A stretch of 64,000 bases of DNA from the NCBI GenBank assembly GCA_963832165.1, contig CAWHTE010000011.1, forward strand, positions 544,001-608,000. The letters are read 5' to 3'. The DNA is from an uncultured delta proteobacterium (GTDB lineage: Bacteria > Myxococcota_A > UBA9160 > SMWR01). Positions 18,367 to 29,269 of this stretch are shown here, in pieces. Positions within the stretch are counted from its first letter, which is position 1, and every line of letters starts with the position of its first letter. The position numbers and the translations under genes were made by a program. The notes beneath the pieces were generated by a model that was not told the origin of the DNA, made no database searches, and was given only the letters and a program-made list of their open reading frames with translations.

Positions 18367-21146
18367 GCAGCGGTACCGGGATCTCTGCGCGCGTGCGCGC
18401 AGCCGATGCGTCGCGCGGTGCGACGATCGGGTGGACCCTGCTCGGTCTCGTGATCGGCGCGCTGTTCGGGCAGAGCGGGTTCGCGGCGCTCTCGGGCGCG
18501 GGCTTCGGCGCGACCTTCGCCGCGCTGCGCGCGGCGGCGCGCCGTTCGGCAGCGCTCGGCGATGCGCTCGCACGGATCGAGCTGCGCATCGGCGCGCTCG
18601 AGCGCGAGGGCGCGCCGCGCGCGGAAGACGCGGCCGAGGTCCCCGCACCGGTCGCGCCGCCGGCGGCTGCTTCGTTCGAGTCGCCGGTCTTCACGCCCCC
18701 GCACCCCAGCGAGCTGCCGCGCGTCGAGATCGCGCCCGCGGCGCGCCGTGCACCCGCGCCGCCGCGCGGCCCGTCCATTGCCGCGCGCGCGTTCACGGCC
18801 GCGCGCGATTTCCTGTTCGGCGGCAACACCGTGGTGCGCGTGGGCATCCTCGTGCTCCTGATCGGCGTGGCGCTGCTCGCGAAGTGGGCGGTCGATCGCG
18901 ACCTGTTCCCGATCGAGGCGCGGCTCGCCGCGGCGGCGGCGATCGGGCTCGCGCTCACGGGCGTGGGCTATCGGCTGCGCGACGCGCGCCCGGGCTTCGC
19001 CACCACGCTCCAGGGCGGCGGGATCGCGGCGCTCTATCTCGTGGTGTTCTTCGCCTATCGCACCTACGCGCTCGTTCCCGCGCCGCTCGCGTTCGCGCTA
19101 TTCGTCGCGATCGGGTGCGCGTGCGGCGTGCTCGCGCTGGTGCAGAACTCGCAGCCGCTGATCTTCATCGGCAGCGTCGGCGGCTTCCTCGCACCGATCC
19201 TCGCCTCGACCGGCGAGGGCCGGCACGTCGTGCTGTTCAGCTACTACCTCCTGCTCGACCTCGCGGTTGCAGCGGTGGCGTGGAGCAAGTCGTGGCGCGC
19301 GCTGAACCTGCTCGCGTTCTTCTCGACCTACGCCGTGGCGACACTCTGGGGCGTCCTGTCCTACAAGCCCGAGCACTTCGCCTCCACCGAGCCGTTCCTG
19401 CTCGCGTACATGGTGCTGTTCACGGGCGTCGCGCTCGTGAACGCGTGGCGTCAGCCGCCGCGCCTGGCCGGCATCGTCGACGGCACGCTGGTATTCGGCA
19501 CGCCGCTCATCTCGCTGCTCGCGCAGGGGCGGCTCGTCGAGGGCAAGCAGCTCGGGATGGCGCTCTCGACGGCGGGCTTCGGCCTGTTCTATGCGCTGGT
19601 CGCCACGTTCGTGTGGCGGCGCGCGCCCGAGACGCTGCGCCGGATCGGCGAGGCATTCCTCGCGCTCGCAGTGGTGTTCGGCACGATCGCGATCCCGCTC
19701 GCGATCGACGACGCGCTCACCACGACGGTGGTGTGGGCGCTCGAGGGCGCGGGCCTCTACTGGGTGGGCGCGCGCCAGCAGCGCTGGCTCGCGCGCGCAT
19801 CGGGCGTGGCGCTCCAGGCGCTCGCGGCGGCCGCGTTCGGGTTTGCCGCGGAGGTCGCGCCGCTCCAGGGACGCGCCGCGGAGTACGCGCCGCTCGCGAA
19901 CCCGCGCTTCCTGTCGATGGTCGGGATCGCATTCGCGGGCTGGTTCATCGCGCGCGAAGCCTACGCGCGGCGGGAGCAGCTCTCCGAGGCGGAGTGGAAT
20001 CTCGCACAGGCGCTCGCCGTGTGGGGCCTCGCGTGGTGGGGTGGCGCGTGCGTGGCGGAGATCGACCAGTTCATGCCGGCCTCCGAAGCAGCGCCCGCAG
20101 CGCTGCTCGTCACGAGCGCGACGTTCCTCGCGCTCGAGCGCGCCGCCGGGGCGCTCGGCTGGCTGCCGGGTCGGCTGCTCGCGCTCGCGGTGATCCCGGT
20201 CGCGTTCTTCGCTCTGCCGCTCACGCTGGAACGCGAGGCGCACCTGCTCGCGGGGATCTGCGCAATCGCGTGGCCGCTGCTCGTCGTCTCGATCTACACC
20301 GTTCTGCGCCGGCTCGAGGCGTGCGACCAGCACTGGACGCGCTGGGGCTATGCGCCGGCGCTCTGGCTGGTCGGGCTCGTGCTCGGCATCGGCCTCGGAG
20401 GCGTCGTCGAAGTGCCGCTGCGCCTGCGCGGCGACTGGCCCGCCGCGGCGTTCGCGCTCGGGCCTGTCGTCGCGATGCTCGGGGCGCTTCGGCTAGGCGA
20501 GAGTGGCAGGGGCCCGTTCGCGCGCTTCCCCTCGCTGCACCTGGGGCCCGGTGCGGCACCGCTCGCCGCGCTCGCCGCGCTCTACTTCCTCGTATTGAAC
20601 ATGGCCGCACCCGGCGACTCCGCGCCGCTGCCGTATCTCCCGCTGCTCGGTCCCACCGACGTCGCGCTCGCGCTGCTCATGGTCGCGCTCGTCGACTGGT
20701 GGACGCGCGTGCGGCGCGCGAATCCCGCGGTGATGCCGGGCCCGTGGCGCGCCGCGGTGGGGCCCGCGTTCGCCGCGCTCGCGTTCGTGTGGCTGAACGG
20801 CCTGATCGCGCGCAGCGTGGTGCAGTGGGCGGGCGTTCCGTTCGACGGCGACGCGCTCTGGGACTCGACGCCGTTCCAGGTCGCGCTCTCGATCAGCTGG
20901 ACGCTCGTCGCGCTGGGCGGGATGGTCTGGAGCACGCGGCGCTCCGAGCGCACGCGCTGGTTCGCCGCGGCGACGCTCTTGGGTGTCACGGTCGTGAAGC
21001 TCTTCATCGTCGATCTCTCGACGCTCAGCACGGGCGCGAAGATCGGCACGTTCCTCGCGGTGGGCGCTCTGCTGCTCGTGGTCGGATATCTCTCTCCGGT
21101 GCCTCCCGCGCGAGCCGGCACCGCAGAGCAAGGGGGTGGATCATGA
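18363..21146 (+). CDS. DUF2339 family large membrane protein
   Basis: FGGNTVVRVGILVLLIGV, LQGGGIAALYL, VVKLFIVDLS...GYLSPVPP; about 20 or more TM segments. Confidence 0.88.
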   Translation: MSSGTGISARVRAADASRGATIGWTLLGLVIGALFGQSGFAALSGAGFGATFAALRAAARRSAALGDALARIELRIGALEREGAPRAEDAAEVPAPVAPPAAASFESPVFTPPHPSELPRVEIAPAARRAPAPPRGPSIAARAFTAARDFLFGGNTVVRVGILVLLIGVALLAKWAVDRDLFPIEARLAAAAAIGLALTGVGYRLRDARPGFATTLQGGGIAALYLVVFFAYRTYALVPAPLAFALFVAIGCACGVLALVQNSQPLIFIGSVGGFLAPILASTGEGRHVVLFSYYLLLDLAVAAVAWSKSWRALNLLAFFSTYAVATLWGVLSYKPEHFASTEPFLLAYMVLFTGVALVNAWRQPPRLAGIVDGTLVFGTPLISLLAQGRLVEGKQLGMALSTAGFGLFYALVATFVWRRAPETLRRIGEAFLALAVVFGTIAIPLAIDDALTTTVVWALEGAGLYWVGARQQRWLARASGVALQALAAAAFGFAAEVAPLQGRAAEYAPLANPRFLSMVGIAFAGWFIAREAYARREQLSEAEWNLAQALAVWGLAWWGGACVAEIDQFMPASEAAPAALLVTSATFLALERAAGALGWLPGRLLALAVIPVAFFALPLTLEREAHLLAGICAIAWPLLVVSIYTVLRRLEACDQHWTRWGYAPALWLVGLVLGIGLGGVVEVPLRLRGDWPAAAFALGPVVAMLGALRLGESGRGPFARFPSLHLGPGAAPLAALAALYFLVLNMAAPGDSAPLPYLPLLGPTDVALALLMVALVDWWTRVRRANPAVMPGPWRAAVGPAFAALAFVWLNGLIARSVVQWAGVPFDGDALWDSTPFQVALSISWTLVALGGMVWSTRRSERTRWFAAATLLGVTVVKLFIVDLSTLSTGAKIGTFLAVGALLLVVGYLSPVPPARAGTAEQGGGS

Positions 21147-22617
21147 ACCCGAACGCGCGCTGCGGCGCACTCGCGGCGCTGTGGCTGGTGATCGGGCCCG
21201 CCCCGGCGCTCGCAGCAGGAGGAGGCGCTCGCGCCGAGCGACTTCGCGTGGGGTCGCGCGTTGGAGACGCAGCGCAGCGATCCGCTTCAGACGCTCCTGC
21301 TCGACCTACAGGTCTACCGCGGTGTGGTCGGGCCCGAGCTCGTCGATCTGCGCGTGTTCAACGGCGCGGGCGAGGTGGTGCCGCACGCGATCCGCGCGCT
21401 CGTCGATCCCCAGCGAAGAGGAGAGTGCGCAGGTCGACGTGCCGCTGTTCCGCGTCCCCGAGGACTCGGCGCTCGCGCGTGCGGGGTCGCGCGCGCCCGC
21501 GATGGCGGCGGGCGTGCACACCAGCGTGCGCGAGCGCGACATCGCGATCGAGATCGCGGCCGACGGTGCGATCGTGCGCGTGGAGTCCGACCTGACCAAG
21601 GGAGGAGAAGAGGCGCCGCGGCCGCCGTCCGCCTACCTGATCGACGTCTCGCAGCTGAAGCGCGCGGTGGTGGGCCTCGACCTCGCGCTCGCGCCCGTGC
21701 CCGCGGAGTTCGCGGTGGCGTTGCGCGTCGAGGCCAGCGACGATCTCGTGCATTTCGATTCGCTCGCCTGCGCGCGGCGCGCTCGCGCGCCTCGACCAGT
21801 CGGGCCATCGCATCGAGCGCAGCCGCGTCGAGTTTCCTGCGGTCGCGCGCCGCTACCTGCTGCTCTCCGCGGCGCAGCCGCTGCCGGTCGAGGTGACCGC
21901 AGTGCGCGCGCGGATCGCGCCCGTGATCGATCCGCCGCCGCGCCAGCGCGAGCGGATCGCGGGCAGCCGGATCGAGGGCGAGCGCGCGGAGTTCCTGTTC
22001 GATCTCGGCGCGCGCTTCCGGTCGACCGCGTGCAGGTCGATCTTCCGGTAACGAACACCGTGGTCGAGGCCGATCTCTACTCGGCTCTCGACGCGGACGG
22101 GCCGTGGCTGCATCACTTCCAGGGCGTCCTCTATCAGTTCGAGCGATCCGAGGGCCCGCTGCGCAACGCCGAGCTCGCGGTGCCGCCGGTCCGCCGGCGT
22201 TATTTCAAGCTCGATGTGGCCGCGAAGGGCGGTGGGCTCGCGAGTGGCACGCCTGCGCTCGAAGTCGCGTGGTTGCCGGAGCAGCTCTTGTTCGTCGCGC
22301 GCGGCGCGGGGCCGTTCGCGCTCGGCTACGGCCGCGCGCAGGTCGAACGCGCACGCTTCGATGCCGCGGAGCTGATCGAGAGCGCGGTGCCTCCCGACGC
22401 GAACGGCCGGCGCATCGTGCCGCGCGAAACCGCGGCGCTCGGTCCCGTGAAGCCGGTCGGCGATCCGAGCGTGCTCGAGCCGCGGCGCGAGCCGCCCTCG
22501 CCGCGCACGCTCGCGCTCTGGGGCGTGCTCGTGGGCAGCGTCGCGATCGTGCTCGCGCTCTCCGTGCGCCTGTTGCGGCGCATGAGCTCGCGCGAGGACG
22601 AGATCCGGTTCGAGTGA
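21143..22617 (+). CDS. DUF3999-like exported protein with C-terminal TM (several indels)
   Basis: DLRVFNGAGEVVP, VEASDDL, LLFVARGAGPFALGYG, LWGVLVGSV; follows DUF2339. Confidence 0.8.
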
Positions 22618-22767
22618 GTCCCTACTTCTATACGCCGATAATACCCCGCGGGGCTGCGCTCAGGTTGCACATCGGGTCGCCGAAACGCACTGCGTGGTGG
22701 TCTGTCGACAAGTCGCGGATGGAACGGGAGACTGCCCCGCGCAGTCGGCGCAGCCCGGGAGTGGTGG

Positions 22768-23376
22768 ATGATCACCGGTGCGAACACCAACGTCCGCTAC
22801 CGCGGCATCGTCTTCCACGTGCAGACGGAGGACAGCGGGCGCGCCAACCCGCACATCATCAGCCACGTGTACCACGGCGGCACGATCCTCGGGACGCACA
22901 AGACCAACTACGGCGATCGCCTCGACACCGACGATCTCACTTCACTGGTGAAGGGTCTGATCGAACAGCAGCACGCCGCGATGCTCGAGAAGCTCTCGTC
23001 GGGCGGGTTCGATCCCGTGATCGAGCAGCGGCTCGGCAAGTCGGCGCTCGACGCCGACACTGCGGCGGGGCAGGCGCCCGCGATGCAGCAGTCGAAGCCC
23101 GACACCGAGCCCGACGCGCGCTCGCGCCCGTCACAGCCCGAGGTCGCGCGCGCGCCCGCGCCTGCAGCCGCGCCCGCACCGATCGCGACAGCGCGTCCGA
23201 TCGCCGCGGCCACGCTGCCCAAGGTGCGGCGCGGCGAGCGCGGCTTCGGCGAGGGCATCGGATCGCAGAAGCCGCTCGACGAGGTGATCCTCGACTACCT
23301 CGCCGAGAAGGCGCGCGAGCGCGCTCCCGAGCGCACCGCTGGTACCGCGGCCCGCAAGTCCCGCCCGAGCGGGTGA
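22768..23376 (+). CDS. Conserved hypothetical protein upstream of ftsE
   Basis: MITGANTNVRYRGIVFHVQTEDSG...QH; Pro/Ala linker; LDEVILDYL tail. Confidence 0.75.
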   Translation: MITGANTNVRYRGIVFHVQTEDSGRANPHIISHVYHGGTILGTHKTNYGDRLDTDDLTSLVKGLIEQQHAAMLEKLSSGGFDPVIEQRLGKSALDADTAAGQAPAMQQSKPDTEPDARSRPSQPEVARAPAPAAAPAPIATARPIAAATLPKVRRGERGFGEGIGSQKPLDEVILDYLAEKARERAPERTAGTAARKSRPSG

Positions 23377-24125
23377 CCGCGCGCGTGCGCCTTCGGAGCG
23401 CCGCGCCGCGCGCGGAGCTCAAGCGCGCCGCGGCGGGCGATGCCGCCGCGCAGCTGTTCCACGTCTCGAAGTCGTACGTCGCGGGCACCTACGCGCTGCG
23501 CGACGTCTCGCTCGAGTTCAAGCGCGGCGAGTTCGTGTTCCTGACGGGTCCGAGCGGTGCGGGCAAGACGTCGCTGCTGCGGCTCGTGTTCGCGGCCGAG
23601 CGCCCGAGCGAGGGCCAGATCGTGGTGCTCGGGCGCAACGCGTCGCGGATCTCGCCGCGCTCGGTGCCCGAGCTGCGCCGGCGCATCGGCGTGGTGTTCC
23701 AGGACTTCAAGCTGCTCTCGCGCCGCACGGTCGAGGAGAATGTCGCGCTCGCGCTCGACGTCGTCGCGACGCCGCGCCGCGCCGCGCGCGCGCGGGTGTT
23801 CGAGATGCTGAAGCAGGTGGGCCTGCAGCACCGGCGCTACCAGAGCCCGCTCTCGCTCTCGGGCGGCGAGCAGCAGCGCGTCGCGATCGCGCGCGCGCTG
23901 ATCAACGAGCCCGACATCCTGCTCGCCGACGAGCCCACCGGCAACCTCGATCCCGACCTCACGATGGAGATCATGGACCTGATCGCCGACACCGCGACGC
24001 GCGGCACCACGGTGATCGTGGCCACCCACGACCAGACGATCCTCAACCGCTACCGCAAGCGCACGGTGCGCCTCGAAGGCGGGCGCGTCACCGAGGACCG
24101 CGCCGCACCGGGGTCGGCGTCGTGA
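23373..24125 (+). CDS. ftsE: Cell division ATP-binding protein FtsE
   Basis: [45 protein letters not shown]. Confidence 0.93.
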   Translation: MTARVRLRSAAPRAELKRAAAGDAAAQLFHVSKSYVAGTYALRDVSLEFKRGEFVFLTGPSGAGKTSLLRLVFAAERPSEGQIVVLGRNASRISPRSVPELRRRIGVVFQDFKLLSRRTVEENVALALDVVATPRRAARARVFEMLKQVGLQHRRYQSPLSLSGGEQQRVAIARALINEPDILLADEPTGNLDPDLTMEIMDLIADTATRGTTVIVATHDQTILNRYRKRTVRLEGGRVTEDRAAPGSAS

Positions 24126-25027
24126 TCCATCCCGCGGCGCGCGCTCTCTACTTCGCGCGCACCTCGCTGCGCGGGATCGCGGCGACGCCGGGCACTGCGA
24201 TCGTCGCGACCGCCACGATCACGGTGGCGCTCGTACTCGTGGGTGCGTTCGGACTGGTCGTGGTGAACATGCAGGAGCTGCTCGCGCGCGTGGGCGACGC
24301 GGTGCAGGTGACCGCGTTCCTCCGCGACGGCCTGCCCGAGGCCGACCGCGCCGCGCTGACACGGCAGATCGATGCGCTGAACGGCGTGGCGCGCGCGGAG
24401 CTGATCTCCGAGGCGCAGGCGCTCGAGCGCTTCCGCGCCGGAGTGGGACAGGGCTTCGCGCTCGTCGACGCCCTCGGCACCAACCCGTTGCCCGCTTCGA
24501 TCGAGATCACGCTCGAGAGCCGCTACCGCACGCCCGCGGACCTCTCGCGCGTGGCGTCCTCCGTGGCCGGCCTGCCCGGCGTCGCCGACATCACCTCGGG
24601 CGCCGACTGGGTCGAGGGATACGTGCGGGCGCTCGATCTGGTGCGCGGTCTCGCGATCGGGCTCGGCGTGATCCTCGTGCTCGCCACCACGCTGATCGTC
24701 TCGAACACGATCCGGCTCGCGGTGCTGTCGCGGCGTGACGAGCTCGAGATCCTGTCGCTGGTCGGTGCCTCGCGTTCGTTCGTGAACACGCCGTTCCTGA
24801 TCGAGGGCCTGCTCCAGGGCGCCGCGGCGGGCGCGCTCGCGTGGGCGCTGCTCTATGCGCTGTTCCGCGTCGTGCTGCCGGGCTTCGAGGCCGGGCTCGC
24901 GTTCGTGCTCGGCGGCGTCGAGCCGCGCTTCTTCGACGCGGTCCAGTCGGCGTGGCTGTGCGGCGGCGGCGCGGGGCTCGGCCTGCTCGGCTCGGCGATC
25001 GCGGTGACCGCGGAGGGGAGGCGTTGA
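24122..25027 (+). CDS. ftsX: Cell division permease FtsX
   Basis: NPLPASIEI, IVSNTIRLAV...LVGA...PFLIEG. Confidence 0.93.
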   Translation: MIHPAARALYFARTSLRGIAATPGTAIVATATITVALVLVGAFGLVVVNMQELLARVGDAVQVTAFLRDGLPEADRAALTRQIDALNGVARAELISEAQALERFRAGVGQGFALVDALGTNPLPASIEITLESRYRTPADLSRVASSVAGLPGVADITSGADWVEGYVRALDLVRGLAIGLGVILVLATTLIVSNTIRLAVLSRRDELEILSLVGASRSFVNTPFLIEGLLQGAAAGALAWALLYALFRVVLPGFEAGLAFVLGGVEPRFFDAVQSAWLCGGGAGLGLLGSAIAVTAEGRR

Positions 25028-26187
25028 GCCCTGCGGCGTGGGCCGCAGCCGCGCTCGTGTTCGGGTGGGCTGTCGCGGGCGGCGCCCAGCCCAACGCAGA
25101 CCTCGCCAAGATCCAGGCCGCCATCGCGGAGAGCCGCGAGAAGGTGGCCGCATACGAACGCGAGCAGCGCGGGCTGCTCGAGGCGATCGACGCGATCGAC
25201 AAGAGCGCGGCGCTGCTGGGCGTAGAGGCCGCGCGCGCGCGCGGCGCAGCGGACGAGGCGCGCGTCGCGCTCGAAGAGACCGAGCGCACGATGCACGACG
25301 CCGCCGAGCGCCTGGCCGACCTCGAGCGCTTGATGGCCGCGCGCGCGGTCTCGCTCTATCGCGCGGGCGAGCTCGGCACGCTCCAGCTCCTGTTCTCGGC
25401 CGGGGGCCTCCGGGATTTCTTCACTCGCGTCCAGATGCTGCGGCGCTTGTTGCGACACGACGCCGACCTCGTGGCGCGCCATCGCGAGCAGGCCCGCGTG
25501 CTAGAGGCCGCCCGCACGCGCGCGGCGGAGGCGAACCGGGTCGCGAGCGCCGCGGAGGAGACGCTGCGCCGGCGCACCGCAGAGCTCGATACGGAGCGCG
25601 AGCGCAAGCGCGCGCTCGCGCGCCAGCTCGGCAGGAACCGCTCACTCGTGCGCGGCGCGCTCACGGAGCTCGAGATCGCGGGCCGCGCGCTCGAGGAGAC
25701 GGTCGCGGCGTGGCGCGGCGGTGCACCCAGCGAGGCGGGGCCCGTCCCGAGCGGTCCGCCGTTCCCCTCGCTGCGCGGGCGCCTGCCCGATCCGGTGCGC
25801 GGGACGCTTCTGGGGCGGTACGGGCCGGTGGTCGCGCCGGACGCGCGCAGCGCCACCTTCCGCAAAGGCGTGGCCTGGGAGGCGCCCGTGGGCACCCCGG
25901 TTTTCGCCGTGGCCCCGGCCCGCGTGCGCTATGCGGGCCGCTTCCGCGGCTACGGCAACGTCGTGATCCTCGACCACGGCTCCGACCATTTCACCGTGTA
26001 CGCCCACCTCGATCGGATCGACGTCGGGCTCGGAGCCGCGGTCTCCGCGGGCACCCCCATTGGCGCGGTCGGCGAGACGGGGTCGCTCGAGGGGCCGCGC
26101 CTGTACTTCGAGGTCCGCCGCGGCGGCGAGGCGCTCGACCCGGCACAGTGGCTGGCAGCGCTCGGCACCACGGCACGCACCCGTTAG
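25024..26187 (+). CDS. envC: Murein hydrolase activator EnvC-like (coiled coil plus M23 domain)
   Basis: Long coiled coil; GYGNVVILDHG...YAHL...LYFEVR; follows ftsEX. Confidence 0.85.
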   Translation: MSPAAWAAAALVFGWAVAGGAQPNADLAKIQAAIAESREKVAAYEREQRGLLEAIDAIDKSAALLGVEAARARGAADEARVALEETERTMHDAAERLADLERLMAARAVSLYRAGELGTLQLLFSAGGLRDFFTRVQMLRRLLRHDADLVARHREQARVLEAARTRAAEANRVASAAEETLRRRTAELDTERERKRALARQLGRNRSLVRGALTELEIAGRALEETVAAWRGGAPSEAGPVPSGPPFPSLRGRLPDPVRGTLLGRYGPVVAPDARSATFRKGVAWEAPVGTPVFAVAPARVRYAGRFRGYGNVVILDHGSDHFTVYAHLDRIDVGLGAAVSAGTPIGAVGETGSLEGPRLYFEVRRGGEALDPAQWLAALGTTARTR

Positions 26188-26262
26188 ACTGTCGAGCTTC
26201 AAGCGACGCCGGCCAGCGTCCGAAGATCCCTTTGATCTCCAAGGGTCCGGGGGGCCCAATCC

Positions 26263-27711
26263 ATGACACGCCACCGCATTCCCTACCTGCTCTCCTTCCT
26301 CGCCGGAGGCGTCGCGTTCGCGCTGCTCATGGTGATCGCGAGGGGGAACGTCGCGTCGGCGGCGCGCTACGACGACCTGGGGCTGTTCACGAGCGTGCTG
26401 CGCCTCGTGCAGCAGAACTACGTCGAAGACGTGGATGAGAGCGCGCTGATCCGCGGTGCGATGCGCGGAATGCTCGCGGAGCTCGACCCGCACTCCTCGT
26501 TCCTCGACACCGAGGCCTATCGCGAGATGCAGGTCGACACGCGCGGCGAGTTCCACGGGCTCGGCATCGAGATCACCAAGCGCAAGGACGGCTTCATCGA
26601 GGTGGTGGCGCCGATCGAGGGCACGCCCGCGTTCGTGGCCGGCGTTCGCGCGAAGGACAACATCGTCGCGATCTGCCCGACCGATGTTCCGAAGGACTGG
26701 ACCGAGCCGTGCCGCAGCAGCAAGAACATGACGCTGTTCGAGGCCGTGCAGCTGATGCGCGGCAAGAAGGGCAGCGAGATCGTGATCGAGATCTTCCGCG
26801 AGGGGTTCGAGGCGCCCAAGAAGTTCACGATCCGGCGCGACGTGGTGAAGATCCAGTCCGTGACGGGCCGGATCGTCGAGCCCGGCTACGGCTACGTGCG
26901 GATCCGCGCATTCCAGGAGCACACGGTCGACGACCTCGTCGACGTGCTCGGCGATCTCAAGAAGCAGAGCGCCGACAAGCCGATCGGCGGGCTCGTGCTC
27001 GACCTGCGCGACGACCCGGGCGGACTGCTCGACCAGGCCGTGAAGGTCGCGAACGTGTGGCTCGCCGACGGCCTCGTCGTGTACACGAAGGGCCGGGTCG
27101 ACGACCAGCGCCAGGAGTTCCGCGCCACCGACGACGGCAGCGAGCCGACCTACCCGATCGCCGTGCTCGTGAACGAGGGCACCGCGAGCGCGTCGGAGAT
27201 CGTCGCGGGCGCGCTCCAGGACCAGCGCCGCGCGCTCGTGATCGGCGAGAAGACGTTCGGCAAGGGCTCGGTGCAGACGGTCTACCCGCTCGACGACGGC
27301 GCGGGGCTGCGCCTCACCACCGCGCTCTACTACACACCGGCGGGTCGCTCGATCCAGGAGGTCGGCATCACGCCCGACATCGCGGTGGCGGGCACCGTGG
27401 CTGCCGCGGGAGAGTCGGGCGCACCGTCGAACCGGCTGCGCGAGAGCGATCTCGAGGGCCACTTCCGGCACCAGGACGCCGAGCCCGGCTCGGCCAACGA
27501 GCCGCCGGCCACGCCCGAGAACATGGAAGACGTCGATCCGGGCATTCCGGTTCCCGAGGAGAGCGAGGCGAACGACGTGCAGCTCGCGCGCGCGCTCGAA
27601 GTGCTCAAGAGCTGGTCCTACTTCGAGAAGCTGCGCGGGAGCGAGCCGCAGCAGCAGGCGCGCGCGCCCGAGGCCGCGCCCGAGCCCGAGGCGGCGAAGC
27701 CCGCCAACTAG
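26263..27711 (+). CDS. ctpA: S41 carboxy-terminal processing protease
   Basis: LDPHS, GLGIEI, LDLRDDPGGLL, TASASEI, TFGKGSVQ. Confidence 0.93.
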   Translation: MTRHRIPYLLSFLAGGVAFALLMVIARGNVASAARYDDLGLFTSVLRLVQQNYVEDVDESALIRGAMRGMLAELDPHSSFLDTEAYREMQVDTRGEFHGLGIEITKRKDGFIEVVAPIEGTPAFVAGVRAKDNIVAICPTDVPKDWTEPCRSSKNMTLFEAVQLMRGKKGSEIVIEIFREGFEAPKKFTIRRDVVKIQSVTGRIVEPGYGYVRIRAFQEHTVDDLVDVLGDLKKQSADKPIGGLVLDLRDDPGGLLDQAVKVANVWLADGLVVYTKGRVDDQRQEFRATDDGSEPTYPIAVLVNEGTASASEIVAGALQDQRRALVIGEKTFGKGSVQTVYPLDDGAGLRLTTALYYTPAGRSIQEVGITPDIAVAGTVAAAGESGAPSNRLRESDLEGHFRHQDAEPGSANEPPATPENMEDVDPGIPVPEESEANDVQLARALEVLKSWSYFEKLRGSEPQQQARAPEAAPEPEAAKPAN

Positions 27712-27720
27712 CTCTCGTTC

Positions 27721-28944
27721 GTGACGCAGACCGCCATCGCCGCGCCGCGCATCTATTCGGTGGGCGCGGTCGTCGCGGGCGTGCGCCGGGTGCTCGAGGA
27801 TCGCGTCGGATCGCTCTGGGTGGTCGGCGAGGTCAGCAACCTGCGGCGCCCGGCGTCGGGCCACCTCTACTTCACGCTCAAGGATGCAGAGGGTCAGCTG
27901 CGCGCGGCGCTGTTCCGCGGCTCGGCGCGGCGGCTCGCGTTCGAGCCCGAGGACGGGCTCGAAGTGCTCGTCTACGGTGAGATCACGGTCTACGGCGAGC
28001 GCGGCGAGCTCCAGATCGTGGTACGCGAGCTCGTACCGCGCGGTGTCGGCGCGCTCCAGGTGGCGTTCGAGCAGCTGCGGCGCCGGCTCGACGCGGAGGG
28101 CTTGTTCGATGTCGCGCGCAAGCGCGCGCTGCCGCGCGTGCCGCGCCGGGTCGGGATCGTCACCTCGGCCTCGGGCGCCGCGCTGCACGACGTGCTCGAG
28201 GTGGCGCGCCGGCGGCTGCCGGGCCTGCCGCTGCGGCTCGCGGCGTGCCGCGTGCAGGGGCTCGGCGCGGATCACGAGGTGGCGGGCGCGCTCGACACGC
28301 TCGCGCGCTACGGCGAGGTCGACGTGATCCTGCTCGTGCGCGGCGGCGGCTCGCTCGAGGATCTCCAGCCGTTCAACAGCGAGGTGCTCGCGCGCGCGAT
28401 CGCTGTGTCTCCGATTCCGATCGTCGCGGGGATCGGGCACGAGATCGACGTGACGATCGCGGACCTCGTCGCGGACGCACGCGCGCCCACGCCGTCGGCA
28501 GCGGCCGAGCTCGCGATCCCGGACGCGCGCGCGCTGCTGGGTGCGCTCGCGCGTCAGCGCGAGCGGCTCGCGCGCGGCATGCGCGTGGTGGTCGAGCGAC
28601 AGCGCGCCGCGTGGCTCGCGAGCGAGGCCGCGTTGCGCGCGCACGCGCCCGCCCAGCGCGTCGCGCTGGGCCGCGAGCGGCTGGAAGCCGTGCGCCGCGG
28701 TCTCGCCCACGCGATCGAGAGCGAGCTCGAGCAACGGCGGTCGCGGCTCGGGCGCCGCGCTGCCGCGCTCGATTCGCTCTCGCCGCTCGCGGTGCTCGGG
28801 CGCGGCTACGGGCTCGTGCGCCGCTCGCGCGATGGCGCGATCGTGCGCGACGCCGGCGACGCTCCGCCGGGCGAATCACTCGACGTGCGCGTCGCACGCG
28901 CGGATCTCGAGGTGCGCGTCCAGCGGTCCCGTAGGGCGGATTAG
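27721..28944 (+). CDS. xseA: Exodeoxyribonuclease VII large subunit
   Basis: GEVSN...SGHLYFTLKD, RGGGSLEDL, GHEID, APTPSAAAE, LSPLAVLGRGY. Confidence 0.95.
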   Translation: MTQTAIAAPRIYSVGAVVAGVRRVLEDRVGSLWVVGEVSNLRRPASGHLYFTLKDAEGQLRAALFRGSARRLAFEPEDGLEVLVYGEITVYGERGELQIVVRELVPRGVGALQVAFEQLRRRLDAEGLFDVARKRALPRVPRRVGIVTSASGAALHDVLEVARRRLPGLPLRLAACRVQGLGADHEVAGALDTLARYGEVDVILLVRGGGSLEDLQPFNSEVLARAIAVSPIPIVAGIGHEIDVTIADLVADARAPTPSAAAELAIPDARALLGALARQRERLARGMRVVVERQRAAWLASEAALRAHAPAQRVALGRERLEAVRRGLAHAIESELEQRRSRLGRRAAALDSLSPLAVLGRGYGLVRRSRDGAIVRDAGDAPPGESLDVRVARADLEVRVQRSRRAD

Positions 28945-28968
28945 CGAGCGAAGCGAGCGCAATCCGCC
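28931..28968 (+). repeat. GTAG-type REP element
   Basis: GTAG-GGCGGATT-agcgagcgaagcgagcgc-AATCCGCC; contains the xseA stop. Confidence 0.75.
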
Positions 28969-29006
28969 ACTCGGCGCCTGCGTGATCGCAGTGGTAGAGT
29001 GGCCGC

Positions 29007-29264
29007 GTGAGCGACCCCCGCGACACGAACGACCTCGCGTTCGAGGGCGCACTCGACGAGCTCGAAGCCCTCGTCGAGCGGCTCGAAGTGGGCGACCTCG
29101 CGCTCGAGCAGGCGCTCGCGACCTTCGAGCGCGGCGTGGCGCTGTCGCGCCGCTGCGCCGAGCTGCTCGACCGCGCCGAGCAGCGCATCGACGAGCTCGT
29201 GCGTGCGCAGGGTGGCGCTGCGGTGCGGCCGTTCTCGCCCGAGAGCGCGCCGCGCGAGGACTGA
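29007..29264 (+). CDS. xseB: Exodeoxyribonuclease VII small subunit
   Basis: FEGALDELEALVERLE...FERGVAL...AEQRI. Confidence 0.93.
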   Translation: MSDPRDTNDLAFEGALDELEALVERLEVGDLALEQALATFERGVALSRRCAELLDRAEQRIDELVRAQGGAAVRPFSPESAPRED

Positions 29265-29269
29265 TCGGG

